64,000 nucleotides of DNA, from NCBI GenBank assembly GCA_965237525.1, contig CBDEFO010000007.1:736001-800000 (forward strand), read 5' to 3'. The stretch's first letter is position 1; the number at the start of each line of letters is the position of its first letter. Below the pieces are notes generated by a model. It was not told where the DNA came from and made no database searches. It saw nothing but the letters and a program-made list of their open reading frames with translations. The position numbers were made by a program, and so were the translations under genes. Positions 50,315 through 60,592 of this stretch are shown one piece after another. Origin of the DNA: Candidatus Latescibacterota bacterium. GTDB taxonomy: Bacteria > Latescibacterota > CBDEFO01.

Positions 50315-51019
50315 ATGAATTGCAATAATATAAATGACCGTCTTATAGATTTTATCGAGGGGCAGTTGGAGGAGGAGGAGAAATTGGCTGTTAAGAGACA
50401 CATAGATTCGTGTGAGGATTGTCTCCAAGATTTGGAAAGTTTGAGACCTCTTCTGGAAGATGTAGGTTCTTTCGGAAAAAGTTATAATGAAGAGGAGAAC
50501 ATTCTCTGGGCTAATTATCTTCCTCAGGTAAGGGAAAGGATAAATAGAAAAAAAGAGAAGAAGCTGTGGATAAGGGCAGCTGTTCCGGCTATAGGGATTT
50601 TGAGTATAGCTATTTTGCTATTTTTTCTAAACGGCGGTGGCAAACCCGATTCCCGTATGGGAGAAGAATGGACACCCGTGACTGGTGCTGAGGAATGGTA
50701 CATTGGAGAGCTTGTAGACTTTGTAGTAGACTCATCGGATGTAGAAAAGATCATTATCAGTAGGCTGATCAGTCCTGGAATGATTGAAGATATAGCTGCT
50801 TTAGAGGAGTCCGAAGGATTTGGCTATGATAATACTGATGTGGATGTCAGTAGCCAGGAGTATGGCTACGTAGTCTATGAGGCTCAGGAACTCGGCACCG
50901 CCGCGCTGGACTATATAATTGAAAGGTCGGATTTGGACACTCTTCTTGAAGATCTTGATCAAGAGAGTCAGGAGGAGCTGCTCCAGAGGCTAGAAGCAAT
51001 CTCCTTATCGATGGGGTAG
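50315..51019 (+). CDS. Anti-sigma factor (zf-HC2) with TM and acidic periplasmic domain
   Basis: MNC...HIDSCEDC zinc motif, central TM, directly after the ECF sigma. Confidence 0.85.
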   Translation: MNCNNINDRLIDFIEGQLEEEEKLAVKRHIDSCEDCLQDLESLRPLLEDVGSFGKSYNEEENILWANYLPQVRERINRKKEKKLWIRAAVPAIGILSIAILLFFLNGGGKPDSRMGEEWTPVTGAEEWYIGELVDFVVDSSDVEKIIISRLISPGMIEDIAALEESEGFGYDNTDVDVSSQEYGYVVYEAQELGTAALDYIIERSDLDTLLEDLDQESQEELLQRLEAISLSMG

Positions 51020-51191
51020 TGGACTGTCAAGTATATTCTCTTGAATGACAATAACAACCGACGGTCACAGAAGCAGATTGGCAGAATCTCAAAGTTGAGG
51101 ACAGAAGGAACGCGGACAGGGAAGCCATTGCCGATGAGTGCAGGTAGTGTAAGGATTTATGGATTAGTGGTCTCTTAAGGAGGCATGAAAA

Positions 51192-51815
51192 ATGAAAAGT
51201 GTTTATGTTGTATTTATATTGGTCTTGGGAGGACTTATCGCTGGATTAGATAGTAGAGCTATGTCACAACCTAGGCCATTTAACTTCCCGGCAAGAGGGG
51301 AGAAAATGAGGGAGAGGATAAGGACTATTCGTACCTGGAAGATGGTTGAACTGATGGATCTGACTGAGGAGCAGTCGCAGAGGTTTTTCCCTATTATGAA
51401 TCGGCGCGAAGATAGGGAAAGAGAGCGGAATGAGAAGAGACATGAGATTATGCGGGAACTGCGAGAGCTTGTCGAGAATAAGGATACGTCGGATGATGAG
51501 TTGAAAAAGAAGATTGAGGAAGTAAGGAAAAATAACGTTGAACACCAGGAGAACAGCGAAAAGTTTCATAAGGCTGTAGAGAAGGTGTTATCCGTGCGGC
51601 AACAGGCAAAGTTGATGTTCTTCGAGCCGCGCTTTGAAAGAGAATTAAGAGACATTGTGAGAGACTTTAGACATCGAAGAATGGGGGAGCTTTGGCAAGA
51701 AGGACAATCGAGGGAACAGACGCAGAAGTTGGAGGAGTGGCAAGAGGAAATGAGAAGGCATCAGCAGGAAATTAGAGAATTGCAGGAGAAGATGCAGGAA
51801 GAAATAAAGAAGTAG
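51192..51815 (+). CDS. Exported Spy/CpxP-like helical protein
   Basis: Signal peptide, LTEEQ and VLSVRQQAK motifs, coiled coil; aggagg RBS. Confidence 0.7.
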   Translation: MKSVYVVFILVLGGLIAGLDSRAMSQPRPFNFPARGEKMRERIRTIRTWKMVELMDLTEEQSQRFFPIMNRREDRERERNEKRHEIMRELRELVENKDTSDDELKKKIEEVRKNNVEHQENSEKFHKAVEKVLSVRQQAKLMFFEPRFERELRDIVRDFRHRRMGELWQEGQSREQTQKLEEWQEEMRRHQQEIRELQEKMQEEIKK

Positions 51816-51879
51816 GGGAAGGAACAAACGGGGGAGAGTAGCAAAAAGATGGAAAGGCCGTAGACGATTTGCCTTTTGC

Positions 51880-52074
51880 AGTAGGAATATTAAGATAGCC
51901 CGTGGGTCTTCCGTTCTCTCCCTCGAAGTCACTGGGATACGGGGCGAGTAGGTCGGGAAGCTTAGGATGTGCTCGAAAGGAAGCAGGTAGCACGCAATGT
52001 TTGAATGGGACACGGTCTGGCCCTGTAATCTCTTTCCCAGCGATGACGCGTTCCCTGGATGTCATTTGAATCAT
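51880..52074 (-). pseudogene. N-terminal fragment of a uroporphyrinogen decarboxylase/MtaA-CmuA family protein
   Basis: MTSRERV...PDRVP N-terminal signature, then truncated. Confidence 0.5.
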
Positions 52075-52552
52075 TTTCTGCCTTCAGAACTCTTCACATA
52101 AATTATGGGAGAATGCCGCCACACCTAAGTGACTGCTGAATGACATCTGGGGATTACACAAGATGGTACACAAGGGCGGGCTATGACACCCAGTTTCTGC
52201 TCCTCTTCCTCAGGCGAAAGGCAATCTGTCAGCGGAACCGTTCCGCGAAGTCAGGCACTTGTTTTCCCCGTCTCTAGACGCTGTTCCTAACGGGCACAAG
52301 ATACGCCAGGGGGTCATTCAGATCCGCATAGTTCGGCGCTTCCGTCATCCCGGGGCCCATGCACGTTTCGGTCTTTCCCCATTGACTGCCAATTATCTGC
52401 TCGTGTTAGGACATCGATCCCAGGAAATGCCACCAAGGGTAGAAATACCGCTGGCACCCAACCCCCAACAAACGTTGTCCTGGTTAAGCTTCCTGTCATC
52501 TACCTGCCGCACCAGAATTCCAGACATCCCAGATTGTTTGGATCTATTTTTT

Positions 52553-52580
52553 AGTTCCTATAATGTATATTATGTAAACT
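52553..52580 (+). other. dif: dif site (XerC/XerD chromosome dimer resolution site); replication terminus
   Basis: agttcctataa-tgtata-ttatgtaaact closely matches known dif consensus and coincides with the switch in gene strand and G/C skew. Confidence 0.9.
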
Positions 52581-52623
52581 TACACTAATATTCACTTTAT
52601 TTCTAGTACTTTTTATAACATGA

Positions 52624-53031
52624 CTACTTCCTCTTTCTTCCAGATATTTTGAACCATAATCCCTTACTCCTCCTGTCTTCCTCCAATCTGTTCTGCAACT
52701 TTTCTACTTTATCTTCTAATTTCTCTTTTGCTGACTTATATTCCCACAAAAGCTCCTCTGTGGCTTTCAACTTGCCAATCTGTCTTAAGATTCCTTCATA
52801 ATGCTCTCTATCTACTATTACATTTTTCTCCAGAAGATTGCTAATATCTCCTATTATTTCTATATTGTTTCTAATTCTTGAACTAGATATCTTCCTAATA
52901 CTTTCTATATCTATTATCCATCTTCCATTGACCTTACTAGCATCTAATATCCTATTTGCTATATAGTTATAGATTGTCTTTGTGGACATTTGGAGTGCTA
53001 CACTTGCGTCCTTAATACTATAACCATCCAT
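52624..53031 (-). CDS. MerR/excisionase-type HTH protein with coiled coil and C-terminal amphipathic tail
   Basis: YSIKDAS..STKTIYNYI..ASKVNGRWII; coiled coil; ends KGLWFKISGRKRK. Confidence 0.7.
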   Translation of the reverse strand: MDGYSIKDASVALQMSTKTIYNYIANRILDASKVNGRWIIDIESIRKISSSRIRNNIEIIGDISNLLEKNVIVDREHYEGILRQIGKLKATEELLWEYKSAKEKLEDKVEKLQNRLEEDRRSKGLWFKISGRKRK

Positions 53032-53172
53032 TGGAAGTCCTTCTAAAATAGTTCTATTATATTAAATGATCAAGTTTATCGTAGACTTGATAGGGATCTT
53101 GCAAAATTAAATTAACAACCCAAAAAAATGCTCACATGGGGATGTAAACGTCTGAAGTCAGAGACAGACTCA

Positions 53173-55650
53173 CTACACCACAATATTCACAAGTTTCGAT
53201 CGCGCCTGTTGAACCACAATAATCCTACGTACTTCACCCTTACCTATATGACGCTGGACATTAGCATCTACAAGGGCCAGTTCCTTCAATTCTTCGTCAG
53301 AAATGTCGGGAGTAACCAGAAACCTGCCTCGCACTTTTCCATTCACCTGCACAGCGGTGGTAACCTTATCTGCCTTTGCGAGTTCAGGATCGTAGTTGGG
53401 CCACTCTAGATCCATGATGCTGCCTTCGTGGCCGGTCATTGACCACAACTCTTGAGCTATATGTGGAGCAAATGGAAAAAGGAGGATAAGGAAGGCATCC
53501 CGGCTCTCTTTATCCAGTTTCCCATTGCCTGCGTCCGGAGAATAGACGTAATTTACAAACTCCATAAATCTACTGATGGTAGTGTTCAGCTTGAAGGCTT
53601 CAAGGCCTTGTGTTACCTGTTCTATTAGAGCATGCTGCCTCTTGAGCATGGAATCAGAAGGGTTCTCATGGTTATCCAGATTTGAAACTACCAGGTGCCA
53701 TACTCTACTCAAAAAGCGAAAGGTGCCCTCTATTCCCCTATCGTTCCATTCAGAATCCTGGTCAGGTGGACCAATGAAGAGCTCGTATAATCTAAGGGAA
53801 TCAGAGCCGTACTTTTCAACTAGTTCATCTGGGCCCACCACATTTCTCCTGGATTTGCTCATCTTGTCTCCCAGCCTATAGACCATTCCGTTATTAAAAA
53901 GATGGGTAAATGGCTCATCGAAGCCTATGTGTCCTAAATCGTACAAGACTTTCGTAAAAAACCTGGCGTAGAGCAGATGAAGTATGGCGTGTTCCACCCC
54001 GCCGATATACATATCTACCGGAAGCCACCTGTCTGCAATCTCTCTATCAAAAGGAGCTTTATCCTCATTCGGACTTGTGTACCTCAAAAAATACCAGCAA
54101 CTCCCAGCCCACTGAGGCATGGTGTCTGTATCTCGTTTTGCCTCTCCGCCGCACTCTGGACAAAAAGTATTAACAAATTCCGGTATGGCAGCCAAGGGTG
54201 ACTTCCCCGTACCTGACGGCTCGTATTTCTCTACGTCAGGAAGGAGCACAGGAAGGTCTTCCTCCGGCAGCGGTACCTCACCGCACCTTTCACAATATAC
54301 TATTGGAATCGGCTCTCCCCAATAACGTTGTCTTGAGAAGACCCAGTCTCTCATTCTGTAGTTGACGGCTTCTTGGCCGAGACCCTGCCCTCTGATCCAC
54401 GCTGTTATACTATCCCTGCCTTTTTGCCCTTCCAGTCCATCAAACATCCCGGAGTTCACCATAATCCCCTCCGCCACGAAGGCCTCAGTAAGTTTTCCCT
54501 GATCGTCTTTAGTGCTCTGTTTGCTGTGTATCACTTCCACAATTGGAAGGTTGAACTTGGCTGCGAACTCAAAATCTCTTTGATCGTGGGCAGGGACAGC
54601 CATAATGGCTCCCGTCCCGTAAGACATAAGCACGTAATCGGAGATCCAAATCGGTATCTTCTGTCCATTAACGGGATTTAGAGCGTACGATCCCGTAAAG
54701 ACACCCGTCTTCTCGTCTGAGGCCGCCGTGCGGTCAATCTCAGAGGTCTTGCACGCCTTCTCCACGTACTCGGATATCTCCTCTTTACGATCATCCGTTG
54801 ATAGTACTGACACTAAGGGTTGCTCTGGCGCCAGTACCATATACGTAGCTCCAAACAAGGTGTCGGGCCTCGTAGTAAACACGGGAATTTGATGCTCCGA
54901 ACCATCCGGAGCAAGACCCTTGAATATCACACGGGCTCCCTGGCTGCGACCGATCCAGTTGGCCTGCATGACCTTCACCTTTTCGGGCCACTTTAGCCTT
55001 TCCATATCGTACAGAAGGCGATCTGCGTACGCAGTTATTTTGAGCATCCATTGTTCCATATCCCTCTTTTCCACTTCACTTCCACACCTCTCACAGCGCC
55101 CCCCTACCGCCTCCTCATTGGCCAATCCGGTCTTACAGCTTGGACACCAATTGATAGGAGCCGTAGCTTTATACGCCAATCCCTTTTTGTACATCTGAAG
55201 GAATATCCACTGGGTCCATTTATAATACTCAGGCGAACTGGTGTTTATCTCCAGATCCCAGTCGTACATCGTACCCATCTCTTCAAGCTGACGCTTCATA
55301 TTGCCGATATTTTTGGCTGTGCTCTTCTTTGGATGAATTCCTCTTGATATAGCGTCATTCTCCGCCGGAAGACCGAAAGAATCCCATCCTACCGGGTGAA
55401 GGACGTTATAACCACAAAGAGCCTTATACCTGCTCCACACATCGGATATTACATATGGTCTCCAATGGCCCACATGCAGAGCGCTCCCCGAGGGATAAGG
55501 AAACATATCCAGGCAATAGTAGTTCTTATCCTCGGAATCCAGATTGGTCTTATATCTCCCTGTCTCCTTCCATATCCTGTGCCACTTTGGTTCTATCTCT
55601 CTAAAATTGTAAGGGATTCTCTCCCCAATTTTTCTCGTTGCCCCATTCAT
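53173..55650 (-). CDS. leuS: Leucine--tRNA ligase
   Basis: MFPYPSG.LHVGH, FTTRPDT, SRQRYWG, KMSKS. Confidence 0.97.
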   Translation of the reverse strand: MNGATRKIGERIPYNFREIEPKWHRIWKETGRYKTNLDSEDKNYYCLDMFPYPSGSALHVGHWRPYVISDVWSRYKALCGYNVLHPVGWDSFGLPAENDAISRGIHPKKSTAKNIGNMKRQLEEMGTMYDWDLEINTSSPEYYKWTQWIFLQMYKKGLAYKATAPINWCPSCKTGLANEEAVGGRCERCGSEVEKRDMEQWMLKITAYADRLLYDMERLKWPEKVKVMQANWIGRSQGARVIFKGLAPDGSEHQIPVFTTRPDTLFGATYMVLAPEQPLVSVLSTDDRKEEISEYVEKACKTSEIDRTAASDEKTGVFTGSYALNPVNGQKIPIWISDYVLMSYGTGAIMAVPAHDQRDFEFAAKFNLPIVEVIHSKQSTKDDQGKLTEAFVAEGIMVNSGMFDGLEGQKGRDSITAWIRGQGLGQEAVNYRMRDWVFSRQRYWGEPIPIVYCERCGEVPLPEEDLPVLLPDVEKYEPSGTGKSPLAAIPEFVNTFCPECGGEAKRDTDTMPQWAGSCWYFLRYTSPNEDKAPFDREIADRWLPVDMYIGGVEHAILHLLYARFFTKVLYDLGHIGFDEPFTHLFNNGMVYRLGDKMSKSRRNVVGPDELVEKYGSDSLRLYELFIGPPDQDSEWNDRGIEGTFRFLSRVWHLVVSNLDNHENPSDSMLKRQHALIEQVTQGLEAFKLNTTISRFMEFVNYVYSPDAGNGKLDKESRDAFLILLFPFAPHIAQELWSMTGHEGSIMDLEWPNYDPELAKADKVTTAVQVNGKVRGRFLVTPDISDEELKELALVDANVQRHIGKGEVRRIIVVQQARSKLVNIVV

Positions 55651-55744
55651 CTTTCTATAATCATCCTCCGTACAAGCTACTTAGTTCCAAGTCTGCAATA
55701 CTTTCGCCAATACGCTGCGATCTCAGATTCTGCTGAAAAACATT

Positions 55745-55782
55745 AAAAAAGACTACCGGAAATTGCGATCCGATAGCCTTTT
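55745..55782 (-). terminator. Rho-independent terminator after pnp
   Basis: Minus strand aggctatcgga...tccggtagtct-ttttt. Confidence 0.75.
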
Positions 55783-55801
55783 AATGCTGCAATTAGAACG
55801 C

Positions 55802-57961
55802 TTAGTTTGACGGCTTTGTAGGCTGCCTTCCTTGATACCAGCGGGGTTTATCGGATCTCCCGTCACCGCTCCCTGTGTCCTTCCTGTCCATAGTTGCTTT
55901 TCTACTCAGCTTGATCTTCCCCTGACCATCTATTCCTATTACCTTGACTGTGACGTTGTCTCCCAGGTTGAGGACATCTTCTACCTTATCCACTCTGTGG
56001 TGCTCCAGCTCAGATATGTGCACCAACCCATCCTTTCCCGGAATTATCTCCACAAAAGCACCAAAATCCATAATCCTTTTGACTTTGCCATCATATACCT
56101 TGCCGACCTCTGCCTCCTCGACCAATTTCTCCACCATCTGCACTGCCTTTTCTCCCATCGCTTTATCCACAGAGGCTATAACTACTCTTCCATCGTCTTC
56201 AACGGTTATCTTAGCCCCTGTAACTTCCTCCATCTCTCGTATAGTACTCCCTTTTGGTCCTATTATGATCCCTATCTGAGATGGTTTTATGTCTACTGTC
56301 GAGATCAGCGGAGCGTAAGGCGACAGATCGGGACGAGCTTGTGAGAGGCTTGCATCCATAATATCGAGTACCTTATGAAGGTCCTGCCCTGCCCTTTCCA
56401 ATGCCTCCTGCACAATATCAAAGCTTATGCCTTCTATCTTGATATCCATCTGTATGGCTGTGATCCCGTCCCTAGTTCCTGCCACTTTCAAATCCATGTC
56501 TCCCCAGTGATCTTCAGCTCCCATAATGTCAGAAAGAATGCAGGCTCTGTCCCCCTCCTTTATCGAACCGATCCCTACACCTGCCACAGCTCCCCTCACA
56601 GGCACTCCCGCATCCATAAGAGACAAGCTTCCCGCACATACAGTAGCCATAGACGACGAACTGTTCGACTCTAAAATCTCTGAAACTACCCTTATAGTAT
56701 AAATGAAATCTTCCTGAGGCGGTATCATAGGCTCGATCGACTTCTCAGCCAAGGCCCCGTGCCCTATGTCCCTCCTGCTGGGTCCCAGTATCCGCTTAAC
56801 TTCTCCAGTGCAGAATGGCGGGAAGTTGTAATCGAGCATATACCTTTTAAACGATTTTCCCTCTAAATCATCCACCATGCGTTCATCCATCTTCGTGCCC
56901 AGTGTCGTCACAGCCAGACTCTGAGTCTGACCCCTTGTAAAGAGGGCAGATCCGTGAACCCTTGGTAGGACGCCTACTTCGCAGGTTATGGGTCTTATCT
57001 CATCAGAGGCCCTCCCATCAATTCTCTTGCCATCAGATATGACCATCTGTCTCATATCCGCCCTTTCAATTTCCTCAAGGACCTCAGCTATCTCTTTTTC
57101 CTTTTCGGGGAATCTCTCGGACAACTTCTCCATAACATCAGTCTCTAGCTGTCCCAGCGCCGCACTCCTGTCTTCTTTATCAACGCCTCTATTAGCTTCC
57201 TTGATCCTGATTGCAGCAAGTTCCTCAACAGCGTCTTTAAGACCTGGGATCTCATCCTTTGGCCGAATCTCTCTCTTTGGGACGTTGGGCGCCGCTGCTA
57301 TAAGCCTTTCTTGGAGTTCTATAATCTCCTTTATGGCCTCGTGCCCGAACTTCAGGGCCTCCAACATGTCCTTATCAGAAATTTCCAGCGCAGAACCTTC
57401 CACACTCATAATGGTATCCTTTTTGCCCCCGACTACCAGATCTATGTCGCTGTCGTCCAGCTGAGACAGCGTCGGATTGATTATGAGTTGGCCGTCCACT
57501 CTTCCGACTCTGACTGCTCCGCTGGGACCCATAAACGGTATACCAGATATACATAGAGCTGCAGAAGCCCCTATCATTCCCAATACATCCGCCTCGTTTT
57601 CCTTATCGAAGGACAGAACCATTACTATAATTTGAGTTTCACATTTGAACTCCCCCGGAAAAAGCGGGCGTATCTGATGGTCTATTTGTCTGGCGCTTAG
57701 TATCTCGTGGTCCAGAGGGCGCGCTTCTCTCCTTCCTATATTGCCCGGTATCATACCCGTCGAATACTTCTTCTCTCTGTACTCCACCTGAAGAGGAAAA
57801 AAGTCCTTTTCCAGCTCTTCTTCTTTAGAAGCCACGGCGGTAGCCAATATTACAGTGTCTCCGTATCCTACTATCACAGCTCCATCGGCCTGTTTAGCCA
57901 CTCTCCCGGTCTCTATATATAGATTTCGCCCGCCCAGCGTCATCTCCACCTTTTCTATCAT
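55802..57961 (-). CDS. pnp: Polyribonucleotide nucleotidyltransferase
   Basis: FFPLQVEY, RIDGR, HGSALFTRGQTQ, GDMDLKVAGT, KH and S1 domains. Confidence 0.97.
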   Translation of the reverse strand: MIEKVEMTLGGRNLYIETGRVAKQADGAVIVGYGDTVILATAVASKEEELEKDFFPLQVEYREKKYSTGMIPGNIGRREARPLDHEILSARQIDHQIRPLFPGEFKCETQIIVMVLSFDKENEADVLGMIGASAALCISGIPFMGPSGAVRVGRVDGQLIINPTLSQLDDSDIDLVVGGKKDTIMSVEGSALEISDKDMLEALKFGHEAIKEIIELQERLIAAAPNVPKREIRPKDEIPGLKDAVEELAAIRIKEANRGVDKEDRSAALGQLETDVMEKLSERFPEKEKEIAEVLEEIERADMRQMVISDGKRIDGRASDEIRPITCEVGVLPRVHGSALFTRGQTQSLAVTTLGTKMDERMVDDLEGKSFKRYMLDYNFPPFCTGEVKRILGPSRRDIGHGALAEKSIEPMIPPQEDFIYTIRVVSEILESNSSSSMATVCAGSLSLMDAGVPVRGAVAGVGIGSIKEGDRACILSDIMGAEDHWGDMDLKVAGTRDGITAIQMDIKIEGISFDIVQEALERAGQDLHKVLDIMDASLSQARPDLSPYAPLISTVDIKPSQIGIIIGPKGSTIREMEEVTGAKITVEDDGRVVIASVDKAMGEKAVQMVEKLVEEAEVGKVYDGKVKRIMDFGAFVEIIPGKDGLVHISELEHHRVDKVEDVLNLGDNVTVKVIGIDGQGKIKLSRKATMDRKDTGSGDGRSDKPRWYQGRQPTKPSN

Positions 57962-58015
57962 TATTCTTACCTCCCTTAAAGCCTTACTTTTGGAGTCGAT
58001 TCTTTCTATCTTCGC

Positions 58016-58285
58016 TTATCGCCGCAGCCCTAACTCCTTAATTAGATCCCTGTATCTGCCCACCTCTTTCTTATCTAGATACCTCAGCAATCTCCTTCTT
58101 TTGCCCACCATCTTTAGTAGACCTAAACGCGAGTGATGGTCTTTCTTGTGGGTCTGCAGGTGCTCCGTCATATATGCTATCCTATCTGTCAGCAAGGCAA
58201 TCTGCACCTCAGGCGAACCTGTATCGCCTTCGCCTCTTCCGAATTTTCTTACCAGCTTCTCTTTTCTCTCACCGGTTAATGCCAA
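58016..58285 (-). CDS. rpsO: 30S ribosomal protein S15
   Basis: [27 protein letters not shown] start with aaggagg RBS. Confidence 0.97.
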   Translation of the reverse strand: MALTGERKEKLVRKFGRGEGDTGSPEVQIALLTDRIAYMTEHLQTHKKDHHSRLGLLKMVGKRRRLLRYLDKKEVGRYRDLIKELGLRR

Positions 58286-58315
58286 AGCTGTACCTCCTTA
58301 TTTGACAAGTAGACA

Positions 58316-59627
58316 TTAGGGGTTATTTATCAAATGAAATCGGTGCACTTCTCTTTCGATCTTTGATTGATCTTGAATGATAGGTTTTCGACAATCTTTG
58401 GTTTCTGTTCTTTTTCAAAATGGATGTATAATTGTTCTTCTTTTAGGTTCCATTCAGCCAGGACAAAGTAGTTGGTGTAAGAGGAGGGAAGAGATACTTT
58501 CTCATTTAGGACATCGATAAAGGCTTTATCTGTCTGTTCTGTGTCCTGTTTGACTTGTCTGATAAAATAGGTCTTGGGAATGAAATCTTTCTCGTTTGAC
58601 TTCTCTTGCTTAGGTGGACGGTAGCCGGTGTATCTCTGTGATGAAAGATTAAACCATTCTAACTTCTGATCAACTTCTTGTAAGCTTTTGAACTGAATTC
58701 TGTTCCAGAACTTCCTTGAAAATACAGAATTGTTGCCTTCTATAGATGCTTGAGAAAAGGGCCTTCTGGGAACGGCAAATATCGGAATCACTTGATTTTT
58801 CAAGAGAAACTGCATTGCTTTGCTGACATTCCTTTCACCTGAAACACTGCCAATAGTCGCCGAGCAATTGTCCACCTTAACGAAATCTGGTTTTTCAAAC
58901 CTGTCAAAGAAAGACTGACACTTCTCGATAAAGTTAGTTGCTGTTTGACCGTCAACCCGCCGAAAATACCTTAACTTAGGCTCTTTCTTAAAGGAAAATC
59001 CAACGAAGTTGACCGGCTCAGTTCTGCCGGTAAGATACTTTTTACCAATAAAGTCTGATTCTAGGACTCTGCCTCCTAAAAGATAGTAAATGGTATACTC
59101 TGGATAACAAAGATAACGAGATGCACCCTTGTTTTTACCTTTCTTCCTTCTCTGGGAAAGTCCTAAATCTGAAAGCATTCTGCCGATAGTCGGCAACGAC
59201 GGAGGAGGGGTGCTAGAATATCGATTCCTCCATTCTTGTTCAATAACAGTGGCTCCTGAATAGAACTGATAAGGATCGTCCTCTAAGCTATGGTAAATCT
59301 CTTTGATTCTCTGTTCGTCAACTTTAGCCAATTTTTGCCTTTTTCCTTTTGGCCAACCCCGATTATCCATGGCAAAATCCTGATCCGGAGATTTAGTCCA
59401 AGCTGTAACGAAATCATTGGAAACTCTCGCTTGTTTGATAACTTCTCGCTTTGACATTTCTTTCTTAAAATACATCTCGTTGACTTCTTGTCTTAATACG
59501 GCCAATCTCTCTTTGTCCATAGGACTCCGTAGATTAAAGTTAAGACAATCAACTCAACTTAATCTACTAATACTCTAAACAAAGATCAAATTAGGTGCAC
59601 CGATTTTATTTGATATTCAACCACTAG
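58316..59627 (-). mobile_element. Insertion sequence with terminal inverted repeats
   Basis: IR core tatcaaat(g/a)aaatcggtgcac at 58328-58348 and inverted at 59595-59615; flanking agtagaca direct repeat. Confidence 0.85.
58330..59520 (-). CDS. DDE transposase (rve integrase core, IS481/ISNCY-like)
   Basis: N-terminal HTH, PSLPTIGRML, ESDF, KVDN, IEGNN. Confidence 0.8.
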   Translation of the reverse strand: MDKERLAVLRQEVNEMYFKKEMSKREVIKQARVSNDFVTAWTKSPDQDFAMDNRGWPKGKRQKLAKVDEQRIKEIYHSLEDDPYQFYSGATVIEQEWRNRYSSTPPPSLPTIGRMLSDLGLSQRRKKGKNKGASRYLCYPEYTIYYLLGGRVLESDFIGKKYLTGRTEPVNFVGFSFKKEPKLRYFRRVDGQTATNFIEKCQSFFDRFEKPDFVKVDNCSATIGSVSGERNVSKAMQFLLKNQVIPIFAVPRRPFSQASIEGNNSVFSRKFWNRIQFKSLQEVDQKLEWFNLSSQRYTGYRPPKQEKSNEKDFIPKTYFIRQVKQDTEQTDKAFIDVLNEKVSLPSSYTNYFVLAEWNLKEEQLYIHFEKEQKPKIVENLSFKINQRSKEKCTDFI

Positions 59628-60589
59628 TCAGTAGACAGGAAATCCCTGCCTCTCCACTGGTCTACATTTAGAATCTCCTCTCCTTTTTCTTTATCTTTTT
59701 CGATCTGCTTTGCAAGTTGATCTGCCGAACCGAATTTCATCTCATCTCTTATCTTTTCCAGAACCTCCACTTTCAATGTCCGGCCATAAAGATCGCTTTC
59801 AAATCCGATAATATGTACCTCCACCACGTGTTCCTTACCTCCGAAACTCGGTCTGTATCCTACATTCATCACTCCCTTATATCGGCGGCCCGACACTTCC
59901 GTCCAAACCGCGTAGACGCCGTCCGGAGGAATTAGCTTCCAAGGATCACCTATACGTATATTGGCTGTTGGAAATCCCAATTGTTTGCCCCTGCTCTCAC
60001 CTTTAACCACTTCTCCGCTAAAACTGTAGTTGCGCCCCAAAAAATTAGCGGCTAACCTCATATTTCCCGATGAGATTAGCTTTCGAATCCTTGTGCTGCT
60101 TATCCTGTCACCATCTACTATTTGGGGGGGGACGACCTCTACCTCAAACCCTAATTCCTGGCCTAACTGTTCCAGCATATCTATATCGCCTGATCTTCCC
60201 CTTCCGAATCCGTGATCATGACCGATAATGAATCTACCCACACCTAATCTGCTCAACAGTATCCTTTCTACAAAGTCCTTCGGACTAAGAAGAGAGAAAT
60301 CTCGAGTAAAGGAAAGGATCACGAAAGTATGTATGCCGATCTTTTCTATAATTTCGAGTTTTTCCTCCTTCGTAGTCAGAATGGGCGAGGCCGTCTTGGG
60401 ATTCAGGACAGTCTGAGGATGCGGTTCAAAAGAAAGCGCTATACTTTCCCTCTTCAACTCTTGTGCCCTCGTCTGCACGGTGGACAGTACGGACATGTGG
60501 CCCCTGTGAACACCATCAAACGTCCCGACTGTCACTACAGGCCGCGACAACTTGTGGCAAAATTCCTCTATATCTTCAATTATTTTCAT
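59624..60589 (-). CDS. ribF: Bifunctional riboflavin kinase/FAD synthetase
   Basis: GTFDGVHRGH, FEPHP, ISSTRIR, LGFPTAN, EVHI. Confidence 0.96.
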   Translation of the reverse strand: MKIIEDIEEFCHKLSRPVVTVGTFDGVHRGHMSVLSTVQTRAQELKRESIALSFEPHPQTVLNPKTASPILTTKEEKLEIIEKIGIHTFVILSFTRDFSLLSPKDFVERILLSRLGVGRFIIGHDHGFGRGRSGDIDMLEQLGQELGFEVEVVPPQIVDGDRISSTRIRKLISSGNMRLAANFLGRNYSFSGEVVKGESRGKQLGFPTANIRIGDPWKLIPPDGVYAVWTEVSGRRYKGVMNVGYRPSFGGKEHVVEVHIIGFESDLYGRTLKVEVLEKIRDEMKFGSADQLAKQIEKDKEKGEEILNVDQWRGRDFLSTD

Positions 60590-60592
60590 CTA

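Noticed and set aside
51040..51180. c-di-GMP-I riboswitch-like segment before the Spy-like gene
   Set aside because: Lacks the GGCAAA / GNRA / GACGCAAA core and a convincing P1 stem
52259..52588. 109-aa plus-strand ORF ending at dif
   Set aside because: Runs through the dif site, has no motif or RBS, and is probably spurious
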